DNA of 50,444 bases, taken from Clostridia bacterium (GTDB taxonomy: Bacteria > Bacillota > Clostridia > TANB77 > CAG-508). Below the pieces are notes generated by a model, which was not told where the DNA came from, ran no database searches, and saw only the letters and a program-made list of their open reading frames with translations. The stretch spans positions 1 through 50,444 of the forward strand of contig JAAVXQ010000063.1 of the NCBI GenBank assembly GCA_022790685.1. Direction: 5' to 3'. This document shows positions 27,097-37,764 of this stretch, piece after piece (within the stretch, counting starts at the first letter, position 1; each line of letters opens with the position of its first letter). The position numbers were made by a program, and so were the translations under genes.

Positions 27097-29538
27097 TTAT
27101 TCTTCTGTTTCTTCTTTTTCTGGAGAAATTGTTTCTATACTTACAACTTTTCCATCATTTGTTCTCATAAGAGTTACTCCTTGAGTTGCTCTTCCAAGAA
27201 CGCTTATTTCTGCCACCTTTAGTCTAATTATTGTTCCTGTATCTGTTATAAGCATTACATCTTCTTCTCCACTAACAATCTTAATTCCTACTATATCTCC
27301 TGTTTTTGGTGTTACTTTATATGTTATAACTCCTCTTCCACCTCTATTTTGTACTCTATATTCTTCAAGTTCTGTTCTCTTTCCAAAACCATTTTCTGTA
27401 ATGGCAAGAAGTGTTGCTTTTCCACCTACTATAATTGGTTCCATTCCAATTACAGAATCATCATCATCTAATCTTATTCCTATTACACCTTGTGCAGCTC
27501 TACCAACAGGTCTTACATCTTTTTCATCAAAGGTTATACTTAATCCTTTTTTAGTTACTAAAACCACATTATCTTCACCATCTGTTAGTCTTACATCAAT
27601 TAATTCGTCACCTTCTCTTAGTGTAATACCTATTAAACCACTTCTTCTATTTGTTTCATATTCTTTAAAGTTTGTTTTCTTTATTAAACCATTTCTTGTT
27701 GCCATAAGTAGATATTTGCCATCAGCAAAATTTTGAATTGGTATAATAGCTGATATTTTTTCTCCAGCATCTAGGTTTAAAAGATTTACAATTGCTGTTC
27801 CTTTAGCTGTTCTTCCAGCTTCTGGAACTTCATAGCCTCTTAAACCATATACCTTACCTTTATTACTAAAGAATAAAATAGTATCATGAGTTGATGCTGT
27901 AAATAGTTCTTTTACAAAGTCTTCTTCTCTTGTTGCTATTCCAGTTATTCCTTTTCCGCCTCTTCTTTGCCTTTTATATGTATCTATTGGCATTCTCTTG
28001 ATATAACCAAAATGTGTTAAAGCAACTACTGTTTGCTCTTCTTTAATTAAATCCTCTTCATCTATTTCTCCTTCTGCTGCTACTATTTTAGTTAATCTTT
28101 CATCTCCAAATTTTTCTTTTATTTCTAATAACTCTGTTTTTATAATATCAAAAACTAATTTTTCACTATTTAAAACCTCTTTTAAATAAGCAATTAATTT
28201 CATAAGTTCATTATATTCTTCTTCTATTTTCTCTCTTTGCAAACCTGATAGTCTCTTAAGTTGCATGTCCAAAATAGCTTGAGCTTGTATATCAGAAAGA
28301 CCAAATCTTTCCATTAATTTTTCTTTAGCATCATCATATGAAGAACGAATTATAGCAATAACTTCATCTATATTATCTATAGCTATTTTTAATCCTTCTA
28401 AGATATGCGCTCTAGCTTCTGCTTTATCAAGTTCAAATTTTGTTCTTCTTAAAACAACCTCTTTTCTATGTTTTATATATTCATCTAGACATTGTCTTAA
28501 GGTTAATATTTTAGGTTCTCCGTTAACAAGTGCAAGCATTATAATTCCAAAAGAATCTTGCATTTGAGTATGTTTAAATAATTGATTTAAAACAACTTGT
28601 GGTCTAGCATCTCTTTTAAGTTCAATTACTATTCTTACTCTATCTTTTCTATCTGACTCATCTCTTATTTCAGATATTCCCTCAACTTTTTTATCTTTTA
28701 CAAGATTAGCAATGTTTTCTATTAATTTAGCTTTGTTTACTTGGTATGGAAGTGATGAAACAATAATTCTTTGTCTATTTCCAGACATTTCTTCTATTTC
28801 TGTTTCAGCTCTAACCATTATTTTTCCTCTACCTGTTGTGTAAGCATTTTTAATTCCTTCTCTACCAAGAATCATTGCTCCTGTTGGAAAATCTGGCCCT
28901 TTTATAATTGCCATTAAATCTTCATCTGTAACATTATCATCATCTATAATTTTAATTATACCATTTATTACTTCTGTTAAATTATGTGGTGGTATATTAG
29001 TTGCCATACCTACTGCAATTCCTGATGAACCATTTATAAGAAGTGTAGGAATCTTAGCTGGAAGAACTGTTGGTTCTTGTAATCTGTCATCATAGTTAGG
29101 CATGAAATCTACAGTATTTTTTTCAATATCTACTAGCATTTGTTCTGATATCTTAGCCATTCTTGCTTCTGTATACCTCATTGCTGCAGCACCATCACCA
29201 TCTATTGAACCAAAGTTTCCATGTCCATCAATTAACATATATCTCATTGAAAAATCTTGTGCAAGTCTTACCATTGCATCATAAACTGAAGAATCTCCAT
29301 GTGGATGATATCTTCCTAAAACAGATCCTACTGTGTTTGCACATTTTCTATATGGTTTATCTGACGTAATTCCATCTTCATGCATAGAATACAAAATTCT
29401 TCTATGTACAGGTTTCAAACCATCTCTAACGTCTGGTAAAGCACGTGAAACTATAACACTCATAGCATAATCGATATAAGCGGTTTTCATTTCTGCTTCA
29501 ATATTTCTTTCGATTATTTTTCCATCTTGTCTTTCCAT
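27097..29538 (-). CDS. gyrA: DNA gyrase subunit A
   Basis: AMSVIVSRALPDVRDGLKPVHRRILY, HPHGDSSVYDAMVRLAQDF, AAMRYTE, C-terminal beta-pinwheel repeats. Confidence 0.95.
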   Translation of the reverse strand: MERQDGKIIERNIEAEMKTAYIDYAMSVIVSRALPDVRDGLKPVHRRILYSMHEDGITSDKPYRKCANTVGSVLGRYHPHGDSSVYDAMVRLAQDFSMRYMLIDGHGNFGSIDGDGAAAMRYTEARMAKISEQMLVDIEKNTVDFMPNYDDRLQEPTVLPAKIPTLLINGSSGIAVGMATNIPPHNLTEVINGIIKIIDDDNVTDEDLMAIIKGPDFPTGAMILGREGIKNAYTTGRGKIMVRAETEIEEMSGNRQRIIVSSLPYQVNKAKLIENIANLVKDKKVEGISEIRDESDRKDRVRIVIELKRDARPQVVLNQLFKHTQMQDSFGIIMLALVNGEPKILTLRQCLDEYIKHRKEVVLRRTKFELDKAEARAHILEGLKIAIDNIDEVIAIIRSSYDDAKEKLMERFGLSDIQAQAILDMQLKRLSGLQREKIEEEYNELMKLIAYLKEVLNSEKLVFDIIKTELLEIKEKFGDERLTKIVAAEGEIDEEDLIKEEQTVVALTHFGYIKRMPIDTYKRQRRGGKGITGIATREEDFVKELFTASTHDTILFFSNKGKVYGLRGYEVPEAGRTAKGTAIVNLLNLDAGEKISAIIPIQNFADGKYLLMATRNGLIKKTNFKEYETNRRSGLIGITLREGDELIDVRLTDGEDNVVLVTKKGLSITFDEKDVRPVGRAAQGVIGIRLDDDDSVIGMEPIIVGGKATLLAITENGFGKRTELEEYRVQNRGGRGVITYKVTPKTGDIVGIKIVSGEEDVMLITDTGTIIRLKVAEISVLGRATQGVTLMRTNDGKVVSIETISPEKEETEE

Positions 29539-29575
29539 TTAATAACCTCTTTTCCTAAAACTTTTCTTCATTTGT

Positions 29576-29604
29576 ATTATATATAAGTCTTGTAAAAAAA
29601 GCAA
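29576..29604 (-). promoter_or_regulatory. Dedicated sigma-A promoter in front of gyrA
   Basis: Minus strand reads TTGCTT (29599-29604), a 17-nt spacer, then TATAAT (29576-29581). Confidence 0.55.
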
Positions 29605-29694
29605 GGAAAAATAACTAAAAAAATTGTATATATTTTCCATTTTCTATTACGCAACTACGTTTTTTAAGACATTGTTTTATCTTTACTTATTCTT

Positions 29695-30420
29695 TTATGA
29701 AAGTTTGTTTAAAAGTTCTTTTTCTATATCTGATATTTCAAAGGTTTTTCCATTATTCATTATATATGTATGTATATTTTCTATTTTTTCTGCCTGGTTA
29801 ATAATATTTTTAAGTGGCATTACTTTTTCTTTATAATTCTCTAAATTTTTATAAGCCTTTTCCATTCCTTTTATATCTTTTAAGTTATATGAATCTTTCC
29901 ATTTGTTGCAATAATTTTCTAGTTTTTCTATGTTTTTTATTTGTTCTGTTAAAGATTCTTCTATTTTATTACTTACTGCAGAAATTATTGAATTCTTTCC
30001 TTGTTTTATTAACCTAACTGTACTTTTATCTAATAAATTTTTACTTTCAACAAATTTTAAAGCAGTATCTAATATCTTAGATGTTGAATCTAGTATTCCA
30101 CCCTTTTTTACAACATTTTCAATTTGTGTAATGTTTTCAAACTCACCTGTGAATATTCCACTAGCACTTTTACCTAATTGAATTCCTTGATTTACAATTT
30201 CTTTTACTCCATCTTTTAATCCATTACTCATTAATACATCTTTTACTTCTATTATTTGATTTTCAATAAAATCTGGAAGTACAGCTTTTAATCCTATATC
30301 TATTCCTGTATTTATAACTTTTCCCAATGTGGAATTCAAAAATTTGTTTTGCCTTTCGCTTATATTTACATTATTTTGAATTCTATTATCTAATTCTAAT
30401 ATATCTATATCATAATTCAT
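29695..30420 (-). CDS. Hypothetical soluble protein (241 aa), last gene of the VirB4 operon
   Basis: AAAGGAGTGA SD then ATG. No TM segment. Helical, Lys/Asn/Glu-rich. No family recognised. Confidence 0.55.
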   Translation of the reverse strand: MNYDIDILELDNRIQNNVNISERQNKFLNSTLGKVINTGIDIGLKAVLPDFIENQIIEVKDVLMSNGLKDGVKEIVNQGIQLGKSASGIFTGEFENITQIENVVKKGGILDSTSKILDTALKFVESKNLLDKSTVRLIKQGKNSIISAVSNKIEESLTEQIKNIEKLENYCNKWKDSYNLKDIKGMEKAYKNLENYKEKVMPLKNIINQAEKIENIHTYIMNNGKTFEISDIEKELLNKLS

Positions 30421-30424
30421 ATTA

Positions 30425-31444
30425 TCACTCCTTTTTCACTATTTTTTGCTTTATAAATTTATGTACTTTTCCTCTTTTACAAAAACCTTTTATTTTAAAT
30501 TTATAAAAAACTTTCTTTAGGATCTTCTTTCTGATACTAAATTTATCAAAATTATTAAACACTATTTCAATTTTATCTAAACTTATATTAAAGTTTAAAA
30601 TTATTTTTTCTAACATTCTACTTCCTTTTTTTATTCCTAAATTATCCGCTTCTATTATAAAGAAAATAGTATTGCTTTTTAAAAGAATATCTTTTGTATA
30701 ATTATTTTTTCTAAGTATATTCATGTCAAAAATTACAAACTCATATCTTTTTAATATTTGATTAATAATAAACTTAAAATTTTTATCTATAACTAATAAA
30801 TCTAGTTTTTCTGTTATCCTATTAGTTTTATTTTTTATGCCTTCACAGTTTAGTAATATTTCTATATCATTATTCCAATTATTAAATGAAATAAGTAAGG
30901 TTTTTTTATTTAATTTATTCACAAGTTTTGCGCAAATTGTGGATAAAGTTGTTTTTCCAACATTACTTTCACCTGTAAAAACAATTATTTTTGCATCTTC
31001 CTTTATTGATTCTTCTTTTATTACTTTTTTCTTTTCTATAAGCTTTCTTAATGTATCTATTTCTTCATTTATTCTATTTTTAGTAGATAGTTCATTTTCT
31101 AAAATTTCTAAAATTCGTTTTTCTCCTATCTCCTGTATATCATAAATAGAATATATCTCATTAATGTTTAAAAAATTTATTAACTGATTATCTTTAAAAT
31201 CTAAAAATAAAATTATTTTCAAATTTTCTCTTGCATTTTTTAACTTTAATATAAATTCTTCAAAACCTTCTTGTCCAGAAATATTATTATTTATAATGAC
31301 TACATCAATATCTTCATTATGTTCTAATACTTCTACAATTCCTTCTTTATAAATAATATCTTTATTAAAAAAATTAAATCTTTTATCTCTTACAAGATTA
31401 TTAAAAATAATATTATTATCTATCGCTATTAATATTTGGCTCAA
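30425..31444 (-). CDS. TadZ/CpaE-like protein: pseudo-receiver domain fused to a ParA/MinD-type P-loop ATPase
   Basis: N-terminal CheY-like fold (ILIAIDNN..., DVVIINNNISGQEG with Asn at the phospho-acceptor position, KIILFLD). P-loop IIVFTGESNVGKTT. AAAGAGGT SD then TTG start. Confidence 0.55.
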   Translation of the reverse strand: MSQILIAIDNNIIFNNLVRDKRFNFFNKDIIYKEGIVEVLEHNEDIDVVIINNNISGQEGFEEFILKLKNARENLKIILFLDFKDNQLINFLNINEIYSIYDIQEIGEKRILEILENELSTKNRINEEIDTLRKLIEKKKVIKEESIKEDAKIIVFTGESNVGKTTLSTICAKLVNKLNKKTLLISFNNWNNDIEILLNCEGIKNKTNRITEKLDLLVIDKNFKFIINQILKRYEFVIFDMNILRKNNYTKDILLKSNTIFFIIEADNLGIKKGSRMLEKIILNFNISLDKIEIVFNNFDKFSIRKKILKKVFYKFKIKGFCKRGKVHKFIKQKIVKKE

Positions 31445-31455
31445 TTTTACCTCTT

Positions 31456-33132
31456 TTACACTAGTTTATTTTCTATTTCTGATGCATCTACTTTTACAAG
31501 AACATGATTATCACCGATAAAAGATAAATTCTCTCCTCTTTTTAATGATTTTATTTCTATTTTTTCCTTTTCTGTTAAATTTGAATATTTTTCTAAAACC
31601 AAAATATTCTCTTCTTCTATATAAAAAAAAGTTTTTATGCTTGAGTTATTTAAAATACTTCTACCATATTTTCCATCTTCTAAACTAAAAAGATCTGATA
31701 TGTCTTGTGTTATTGCAACAGCACTTCCACCATATTTTCTTATGGTTTTAAATATTTTATATATAAATCCTGCAACAAACGCATTAGAAGTAACACCTAT
31801 TAATCTCCAAATTTCATCTAAGTATATTATTTTCCTATTATCTCTATTTCTTTTTATTTTGTCCCAAAATAATTCTATAAAAATATACATACCATATTTT
31901 AAATTTTCCTCACCTAATTCATATATATCTGCAATAATTAATTTATTGTCTAAATTTATATTTGTATAATTATTAAAGAACTTTAATGAACCCTTTATAA
32001 ATGGATACATCTTATTTTCAAAAAACTCTCCATTTTTATTTTTAACTAAAACATTATAAAAATCTTCCATTTTTGGCATATCTTCTTCTTTTTTAAATAT
32101 ATATTTTCCATTCACTTGTTTATATAAAGTTTTGTCATCAAAAGTAATTCCTTTTGTTTCATATGTTTTTATTAAGCATTCTTCCAGTATAGAAACTTTA
32201 TTTTCATCTAAATTACCAAAAACTAAACTAAAAAAGCCTCTAAGTTTACTTATTTTATTCATTAAAAATCCTTTTTCTTCTTCTAAACTATCTTCTCTTA
32301 TGTCAAAAACATTTATAAATGTATTTGAACTAGATCCTATTTTTATAATAGTTCCATCTAAATTATTACAAATACTATCATATTCCCTTTCTGGATCTAT
32401 AATATATTGGTTTACTCCTTGAAGTCTATATCTTAAAATTTGAAGTTTTGTATAATATGATTTACCAGCTCCACTTGTACCAAAAATGCACATATTTGCA
32501 TTTTTATATTTTTCTTTATTAAATCTATCTAAAAAAATCATTGAATTATTATATATATTAGTTCCTATAAAAATACCATTATCTTCACATATATTAGACG
32601 AAATAAATGGATATGTTGATACCAAACCACTTGTTAAGATATTTCTTCTGCTTACATTTTTTATAATCTCCTCATTTTCTGCTTCTGGTAAGCAAGCTCT
32701 ATACAATTCTTCTTGTCTAAAATTTCCTCTTTTTGAAACCATTCCTGATGTTTGTAAAATTCCTTCTAACTTATTAATATTTTCATAAAGTTCTTTTTCT
32801 GATTTAGATATAACTACAATATATATGTATAAAAAATATAGATCCTCATTATTAACTTGCATTTCTTTTCTTATGTATTTTGCATCATTATAACTATATG
32901 AAGCTATATCTATATCTTGTCTATTTTCATTGCCAGACTTTAAATCTACTCCTACATTTCCTATATAAAAAGTTAAATCTTTTATGGTTTTATATGTATC
33001 TTGTTTTTCATAAAAAATAGATATATTCATGTTTATATTTGTATTTATTAAATTTTTTAATATTATATCTTTATATTCTCTTGAATAATCCACAATTATT
33101 AATCCAGAATAAAAAACGCCATCAATTTCCAT
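31456..33132 (-). CDS. VirB4/TrsE/Orf16-like T4SS ATPase, C-terminal two thirds
   Basis: IEIDGVFYSGLIIVDY, Walker A IFGTSGAGKSYYTK, IIDPEREY, Walker B IIYLDEIWRL, AITQDISDL. The frame is open upstream to 33219 (…SRKIDFLKGTIKEKDKLSPSYINFYNPKY) with no canonical start in that stretch. Confidence 0.8.
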   Translation of the reverse strand: MEIDGVFYSGLIIVDYSREYKDIILKNLINTNINMNISIFYEKQDTYKTIKDLTFYIGNVGVDLKSGNENRQDIDIASYSYNDAKYIRKEMQVNNEDLYFLYIYIVVISKSEKELYENINKLEGILQTSGMVSKRGNFRQEELYRACLPEAENEEIIKNVSRRNILTSGLVSTYPFISSNICEDNGIFIGTNIYNNSMIFLDRFNKEKYKNANMCIFGTSGAGKSYYTKLQILRYRLQGVNQYIIDPEREYDSICNNLDGTIIKIGSSSNTFINVFDIREDSLEEEKGFLMNKISKLRGFFSLVFGNLDENKVSILEECLIKTYETKGITFDDKTLYKQVNGKYIFKKEEDMPKMEDFYNVLVKNKNGEFFENKMYPFIKGSLKFFNNYTNINLDNKLIIADIYELGEENLKYGMYIFIELFWDKIKRNRDNRKIIYLDEIWRLIGVTSNAFVAGFIYKIFKTIRKYGGSAVAITQDISDLFSLEDGKYGRSILNNSSIKTFFYIEEENILVLEKYSNLTEKEKIEIKSLKRGENLSFIGDNHVLVKVDASEIENKLV

Positions 33133-33228
33133 ATATTTAGGATTATAAAAATTTATATATGATGGTGATAATTTATCTTTTTCTTTTATTGTTCCCTTTA
33201 AAAAATCTATTTTTCTACTTCACCTCTT

Positions 33229-33807
33229 TTACCTTTCTAAATTATAAAAATTTTTTAAAATCTCAAAAGTTTCTTTTTTTTCAGAAATATTATAAATAAT
33301 ATTTCCGCATCTAGATAAACTTTCTTTTATTTTAAAATAGTTATCATTTAATACTCTTTTTGCATTATTAAAATTATTAACATCTTTTTTATCTATTTTG
33401 TATTCAATAATAATATAAAATACTTTTATAGATGAGTTATTTTCACTATTTTTTTCATTAATATAGCTTATATATTCTTCTTTTAATTCTTTAATTTTGG
33501 GATTTTCTTCTTTGACCTTTTTGATTTTAAAAATATGACTAGTTAAATCTTGTTTTTTACTTTGAATAAGTATTTGAATATTAAAATTACATGTTTTTAG
33601 AAATAATTTATAAGAATTTAAAATAGCTTTTTTCTCAAGCTCTGACTTTAAATCAAAATTTACTGGTAAAATCTTTATTATTTTTACATATTTGTTTTTA
33701 TATTTAATTATTCCATCTTCTAAAATAGTTTCAAAACTAAACCATTCTTGAACACTTTTCTTTTTTATTTTATAACTCCTTTCCTCTAAATTTTGTATAT
33801 AATACAA
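33229..33807 (-). CDS. VirB4/Orf16-like T4SS ATPase, N-terminal domain (separate ORF)
   Basis: KKKSVQEWFSFETILEDGIIKYKNKYVKIIKILPVNFDLKSELEKKAILNSYKLFLKT...IQILIQSKK parallels the N terminus of Gram-positive VirB4 proteins such as Tn916 Orf16 (recalled from memory). Same frame as the downstream part. Confidence 0.65.
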   Translation of the reverse strand: MYYIQNLEERSYKIKKKSVQEWFSFETILEDGIIKYKNKYVKIIKILPVNFDLKSELEKKAILNSYKLFLKTCNFNIQILIQSKKQDLTSHIFKIKKVKEENPKIKELKEEYISYINEKNSENNSSIKVFYIIIEYKIDKKDVNNFNNAKRVLNDNYFKIKESLSRCGNIIYNISEKKETFEILKNFYNLER

Positions 33808-33827
33808 TAAATCTATTGCAAAGTCAA
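33799..33827 (-). promoter_or_regulatory. Candidate sigma-A promoter of the VirB4 operon
   Basis: Minus strand reads TTGACT (33822-33827), a 17-nt spacer, then TATTAT (33799-33804). It overlaps the track TTG start at 33807. Confidence 0.5.
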
Positions 33828-34392
33828 TACTTTTTAGCTTGTTGATTAATTTTTATAAAAAGTGGATTTGCTTTTTTACTCTGTGGAATATTTTTATTAT
33901 TTTTTAATATTTTTTATTTTTATTTATATTTAATATAAAAATTTGTAAATTTTTTCCAATTTAAAATTTTATTAATAAAAAATTTTTATATGAGCACAAT
34001 AATATTATAAAATTTATATTAGCCTAACTTAGAGTTTAATAATATCATTTTTTTGGTGTTATTATATTCGAGTTAAGATATAAATTAATAAAATCTACTT
34101 TTTATTAATTTATGTCGGATACAAGGAATAATATCTTTGGTTTCAGGGTTATTTTAAAATAGCTTGAAAAATTATAGATATTATTTGAAGTCGTGATTAT
34201 ATTTCTATTTTGATAAATAGTGGTTTTTAAGTATCCCTTTGGGAAAAAGATAGCTACTAAGAGTGGATTTATAGTCTAGCAACTGATGAATATATGTGTT
34301 ACTAAGCTTATATATATAGCAATATATATTAGGTTTTACTAATATGTATATTTGTTTTAGCTGAAAGTTAATATAAGTTTTATACGTGATAA

Positions 34393-34430
34393 AAGCATAA
34401 GGCAAGTTTACCTTATGCTTTATCATTTTT
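34393..34430 (-). terminator. Hairpin just after gyrB
   Basis: Stem aaagcataagg / ccttatgcttt. The T-run is better on the plus side and only TTTT on the minus side. Confidence 0.45.
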
Positions 34431-34436
34431 TATCTC

Positions 34437-36380
<1,944 letters not shown>

Positions 36381-36626
36381 TTACATTTTGCGCTTTCCTA
36401 TTGTGTTTGTACCTATGTTTGTAACATATCCTTTTATTATTTTATTTTCTTCTGTTAAAATAAAACTTTTATTATCTTCTTCTGAAATTTTCCTAATATT
36501 GCCTTCTTTTTCTATATTATCATATAAATTTTTAAATTCTCTAGTATTTCTAATATAATTTAAATTAAAAATTCCTATGATACTGTTATTATTTATAACA
36601 AAATCTTTACCTATATGCAAATACAT
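36381..36626 (-). CDS. remB: DUF370 / RemB(YaaB)-like protein
   Basis: MYLHIGKDFVINNNSIIGIFNL...; conserved position between recF and gyrB. Confidence 0.7.
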   Translation of the reverse strand: MYLHIGKDFVINNNSIIGIFNLNYIRNTREFKNLYDNIEKEGNIRKISEEDNKSFILTEENKIIKGYVTNIGTNTIGKRKM

Positions 36627-36681
36627 TTTTTCTCCTTATCTAATAAAAGATTTTATTTTTTTCGTACTTAAATAATATACC

Positions 36682-37755
36682 TTATTTTTCTTTTTTGCAA
36701 ATTCCTTTTTCTACAAAGAATATTTTTGCATTTTTTTCTATTTGCATTTTGTCTGTACAGGTAAGAATTACCTGACTTCCTGTTATATTTTCTAAAAAAT
36801 TTTTTCTTCTTTCTTCATCTAATTCAGACATAAAGTCATCTAATAATAATACTGGTGCATCATTTATTTCTTCTTTTACAACATTTAATTCACAAAGTTT
36901 TAAAGTAAGTGTTGCTGTTCGTTGTTGCCCTTGTGAGCCAAAGGTAGAAACTTCTTTTTTATTTATATATACGAAAAAATCATCTCTATGTATTCCTGAT
37001 GTTGTAAATCCTCTTGAAATATCTATATCTACACTTTTTCTTAATTTTGTAAAAAACTCTTCTTTTGTAGTTCCTGAACTTACATATTTTATTTCTATTT
37101 GTTCTTTTCCACTTTTTGTTATTAAATTGTGGATATCTTGAATTTTTTCTGAAAATTTTTCTATATAAAATTTTCTATATTTATATATTTCAAAAGAAAT
37201 CTCTGATAATTGTTCATCCCATACTTCTAAAAGATTTCTATCTTTTCCTTCAAATTTTATTTGTCTTAAATAAGAGTTTCTTTGTTCTATTGCTTTATTA
37301 TATTTGTTTAATAGATGAATATAATTTGGTTTTAAAGAACTTATCATCATATCAAGAAATTTTCTTCTTCTTTGTGGTCCTTCTTTTATTATATCTATGT
37401 CTTCTGGTGTAAAAATAACAACATTTAGCTTGCCTATAATATCACTTACTTTAGCCTGTTTAACACCATTTATATAAAAAGATTTTTTATCATCTATTAC
37501 AGCTTCTATTTTACATTTTCTATCTACTTTATTATATTCTAAAGATACTTTTGAGGAATTCTTAGAAAATTTTATAAGATCTTTATCTTTTTTATCTCTA
37601 AAAGACTTCCCCATTGAGCATAGAAAAATTGCCTCTATTATATTGGTTTTTCCTTGAGCATTATTTCCATAAATGATATTTATTCCATTATCAAATTCAA
37701 TTTCCCCATTCTCATAATTTCTAAAATTATCCAATTTGACTTTTTCTATATACAT
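36682..37755 (-). CDS. recF: DNA replication and repair protein RecF
   Basis: LDNFRNYE, GNNAQGKTNIIEAI, SQGQQRTATLTLKL, LLLDDFMSELD. Confidence 0.9.
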   Translation of the reverse strand: MYIEKVKLDNFRNYENGEIEFDNGINIIYGNNAQGKTNIIEAIFLCSMGKSFRDKKDKDLIKFSKNSSKVSLEYNKVDRKCKIEAVIDDKKSFYINGVKQAKVSDIIGKLNVVIFTPEDIDIIKEGPQRRRKFLDMMISSLKPNYIHLLNKYNKAIEQRNSYLRQIKFEGKDRNLLEVWDEQLSEISFEIYKYRKFYIEKFSEKIQDIHNLITKSGKEQIEIKYVSSGTTKEEFFTKLRKSVDIDISRGFTTSGIHRDDFFVYINKKEVSTFGSQGQQRTATLTLKLCELNVVKEEINDAPVLLLDDFMSELDEERRKNFLENITGSQVILTCTDKMQIEKNAKIFFVEKGICKKEK

Positions 37756-37764
37756 CTCTTATTC

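Larger units (their letters stand above)
29695..33827 (-). mobile_element. T4SS-like module, right half (split VirB4, TadZ/CpaE-like ATPase, 241-aa protein) inserted between gyrB and gyrA
   Basis: Four tightly packed minus-strand ORFs (gaps 4-96 nt) behind a TTGACT-17-TATTAT promoter. Confidence 0.55.

Noticed and set aside
33861-34277. DnaA-box-like words (GTGGATTT twice, TGTGGAATA) as a second origin or DnaA-titration site in the 629-nt tract.
   Set aside because: All are imperfect matches to TTATNCACA, scattered over 400 nt, and expected by chance in A/T-rich DNA. The clustered perfect boxes are at 39.2 and 40.8 kb.
34205-34426. 73-aa ORF in the gyrB-VirB4 noncoding tract.
   Set aside because: Y/I/K/L low-complexity translation with no SD. 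It overlaps the gyrB terminator hairpin. It is most likely a chance ORF.
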